Shown here in pieces: positions 62,308 to 64,000 of a stretch of 64,000 bases of DNA (the stretch's first letter is position 1; every line of letters starts with the position of its first letter). Position numbers and translations under genes: made by a program. The notes beneath the pieces were generated by a model. It worked only from the letters and a program-made list of their open reading frames with translations, was not told the origin of the DNA and ran no database searches. Source of the stretch: an uncultured delta proteobacterium (lineage in GTDB: Bacteria > Desulfobacterota > Binatia > UBA9968); the NCBI GenBank assembly GCA_963847445.1, contig CAWJZV010000048.1:162295-226294 (forward strand), read 5' to 3'.

Positions 62308-63259
62308 CTATGCTGCTTTCTCAGCTCCGCTCTGACTTCGCGCAACATCGTTAGATCGACCAAGCGATCCGACGGAATCTCCGCGCGTGATGCCGGACTC
62401 CTGGCGAATCTTGTCGATGATCGATTTCAAAACCGGCTCTTCGATATCGCCGTCGGGGTTGAGCACTTGCGCAGGATCTTGTAGGTATCGACGGCGACTT
62501 TCTGGCTCCAGGCCGAAATCTTTCTGTAAATAGGCGACCACGTCAGTTTCGTTTTTGACGATCGCTTCCATGCTGCGCAAGGTGGCGCGGATCATCGCCT
62601 TGACCTGCTCGCGGCTGATCTTTGAATGACTCACCCGCGCCACCAATGCCACCCTGCAGGTCGCGCACGTCGTAAGTGTTGCCGAGATCGACGTAGCCCG
62701 CCAACGTCGCCATCGAAGTATACGGCGGCGTCAGAATCACCGCGTCGGTCGGCTTTGGCCGAGCAGCGCCGTATAACTATTCGCCGTGGTGTTGGTCGAG
62801 ACATAAGCAACCTTTTCGTTGCCGTCAGGCCATCTTCATCACCGTCATGCGCCGCGTAGTGCGCCAAAGAACCGATACCGCTGACCGAGACGTTTTTGAT
62901 CCGCGCCGGCGTCATGCCGGGCTGACCGATCAGGCTGAAACTCAAGCGCGTTTGAATGAAATGTAATCCGTGCGCAGCGGCAAGCCCTTCATGGCGGCGC
63001 GCAAAGACACTCCGCCGGCCGCGGCGTAGTCGACCTCGCCCGCCAGAAGCGCCGTCACGCCGAGGGGCGGGCGCATGACGATGATCTCCAGATCGATGCC
63101 TTCCCGCGCGAACAACCCCTTCGCTTTGCCGAAATAATACGGCAACAACGTCAGCGCCTTGGCCGGCACCGTCAGCCGCACTTTTTCCAGCGGCTTCCCT
63201 TGTTGCGCGCCGACCTTGGGCGGCATCGCAAGCAAGAAAGCCAGCAACAACAATTTCAC
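62308..63259 (-). CDS. ABC transporter substrate-binding protein, NMT1/SsuA-like; about 4 frameshifts
   Basis: GTG start. Signal VKLLLLAFLLAMPPKVGAQQ, then KVRLTVPAKALTLLPYYFGKAKGLFAREGIDLEIIVM. Later pieces lie in other frames. Confidence 0.55.
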
Positions 63260-63381
63260 TGCGCCTTTTGTCCAACGGCAGGGCGCCCCGCCGGTCGCCC
63301 CTACTCTGACGCCGCCAATCATCATAATTGTGTTCCCGTCAATTCGAATGTCGTTACCAGAGCCACGCCACCGCCACCCCC

Positions 63382-63516
63382 AGGGCGAATCATGATTCGC
63401 CCCTACGTCGGATTTCCTCTAGGGATCGTTTTTTGCGCCCTTTGCGCTCTTTGCGGTGATACATTCTGCGAAGTCCGAGTCTTCTCATTTTTTGTAATCT
63501 ATGTGCCCTTTGTGGT
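63382..63516. repeat. Perfect 20-bp palindrome GGGCGAATCATGATTCGCCC followed by a one-armed CTTTGCG-family unit array
   Basis: TTTTGCGCCCTTTGCGCTCTTTGCGGTGA at 63431..63459 and TGTGCCCTTTGTGG at 63503..63516. Confidence 0.7.
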
Positions 63517-64000
63517 TAAATCTCTTTCTTCCCCGCCAGAGCTCGCGGCAAATTTCTTCGTGACTTTGTCTTTCAACTCCTTGCTCGCGCCCGAGACTTT
63601 GGGAAACTCGTTGATCCATTCATAGGGCCGGCAGGCGTCGATGATGCCGCGCGACTGGAAGCCGCGCTCGCTCGGCGGGATGATCGGATCGATGGGATTG
63701 CTCCAGCAGCGGCGCAGGATGTCGATGTCTTTCGCCGGGTCGGTGCGCGTGCACAGCGCCCACAGGAGTTCGTTGCTGTCCCAGATATCGATATCGTCGT
63801 CGACCACCATGACGTAGCGTGTCAGCAGCGCCGCGGCGCGGCATTGCGACGCGATCAACGCCGCTTGCCGGGCATGGCCGGGATAGCGTTGCTTGATCGA
63901 CAAGGCGACCAGCAAGCGGGTTTGATGATAGGCGACGCTGCGCACGTCCGGCACGCCGGCCTTGTCGAGGTAGTTCCAGATATAAGCGGCGCGGATCAAA
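63499..64000 (-). CDS. UbiD-family (prFMN-dependent) decarboxylase, C-terminal part; N-terminus lies beyond the window end
   Basis: RYVMVVDDDIDIWDSNELLWALCTRTDP...IDACRPYEW. The last ~10 codons are read from the adjacent repeat. Confidence 0.8.
   Translation of the reverse strand, partial: LIRAAYIWNYLDKAGVPDVRSVAYHQTRLLVALSIKQRYPGHARQAALIASQCRAAALLTRYVMVVDDDIDIWDSNELLWALCTRTDPAKDIDILRRCWSNPIDPIIPPSERGFQSRGIIDACRPYEWINEFPKVSGASKELKDKVTKKFAASSGGEERDLTTKGT

Noticed and set aside
1-64000. Search for tRNA, rRNA, tmRNA, RNase P or riboswitch-like segments in gaps larger than 150 bp (10780-11091, 15372-15797, 34225-34741, 43547-44206, 61921-62307).
   Set aside because: I saw no cloverleaf-compatible GTTCGA/T-loop contexts or conserved riboswitch cores by eye. 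A covariance-model scan would be needed to be sure.

Overview
This window is 64 kb of high-GC (roughly 60%) bacterial chromosome. It probably comes from an uncultivated, metagenome-assembled lineage: the many amidohydrolase-2, LLM oxidoreductase, MFS and orphan solute-binding genes resemble soil or sediment Deltaproteobacteria-, Rokubacteria- or Binatia-like bins, but that placement is a guess. I can support about 50 protein genes. I found no rRNA, tRNA, CRISPR array, transposase, integrase or phage gene.

Recognisable content, in order:
- an Aas-like acyltransferase/acyl-ACP synthetase
- a heme-oxygenase-like::enolase-superfamily fusion
- a GH3 ligase
- bioB
- a PQQ sugar dehydrogenase with a diheme cytochrome c
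- a GMC flavoprotein with a large diheme lipoprotein
- a catalase-related protein with an alpha/beta hydrolase
- a DyP peroxidase neighbourhood
- a tandem array of PF04392-type ABC binding-protein paralogs
- pmbA and tldD
- an archaeal-type GAPDH-like gene
- an HdrD/DsrK-like membrane Fe-S protein
- an IclR regulator
- trpE and trpG behind a Trp-codon attenuator
- a free-standing archaeal-type ThrRS editing domain
- two amidohydrolases
- a sirtuin
- MFS transporters
- a 5.8 kb hybrid NRPS-PKS (A-T-KS-AT-DH-ACP) with LLM and MetE-like neighbours
- a small lower-GC island of toxin-antitoxin remnants with a TIR-domain membrane protein
- a UbiD decarboxylase cut by the window end

Two global properties matter for interpretation:
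- Many otherwise full-length conserved genes are broken by single-base indels, at a very uneven density. They are densest between 22 and 47 kb, while several 2.4-5 kb stretches are clean. I therefore give many genes as merged spans.
- Intergenic space is packed with several families of hairpin-forming repeats built from tandem 8-9 nt units, plus a structured roughly 120 nt element found 3' of two adjacent genes.

Best candidates for something undescribed:
- the tightly coupled aas / HDO-enolase / GH3 / membrane operon
- the release-domain-less, KR-less NRPS-PKS cluster
- the DyP neighbourhood with its 3' structured repeats
- the TIR-transmembrane protein
- the nonamer-array repeat architecture
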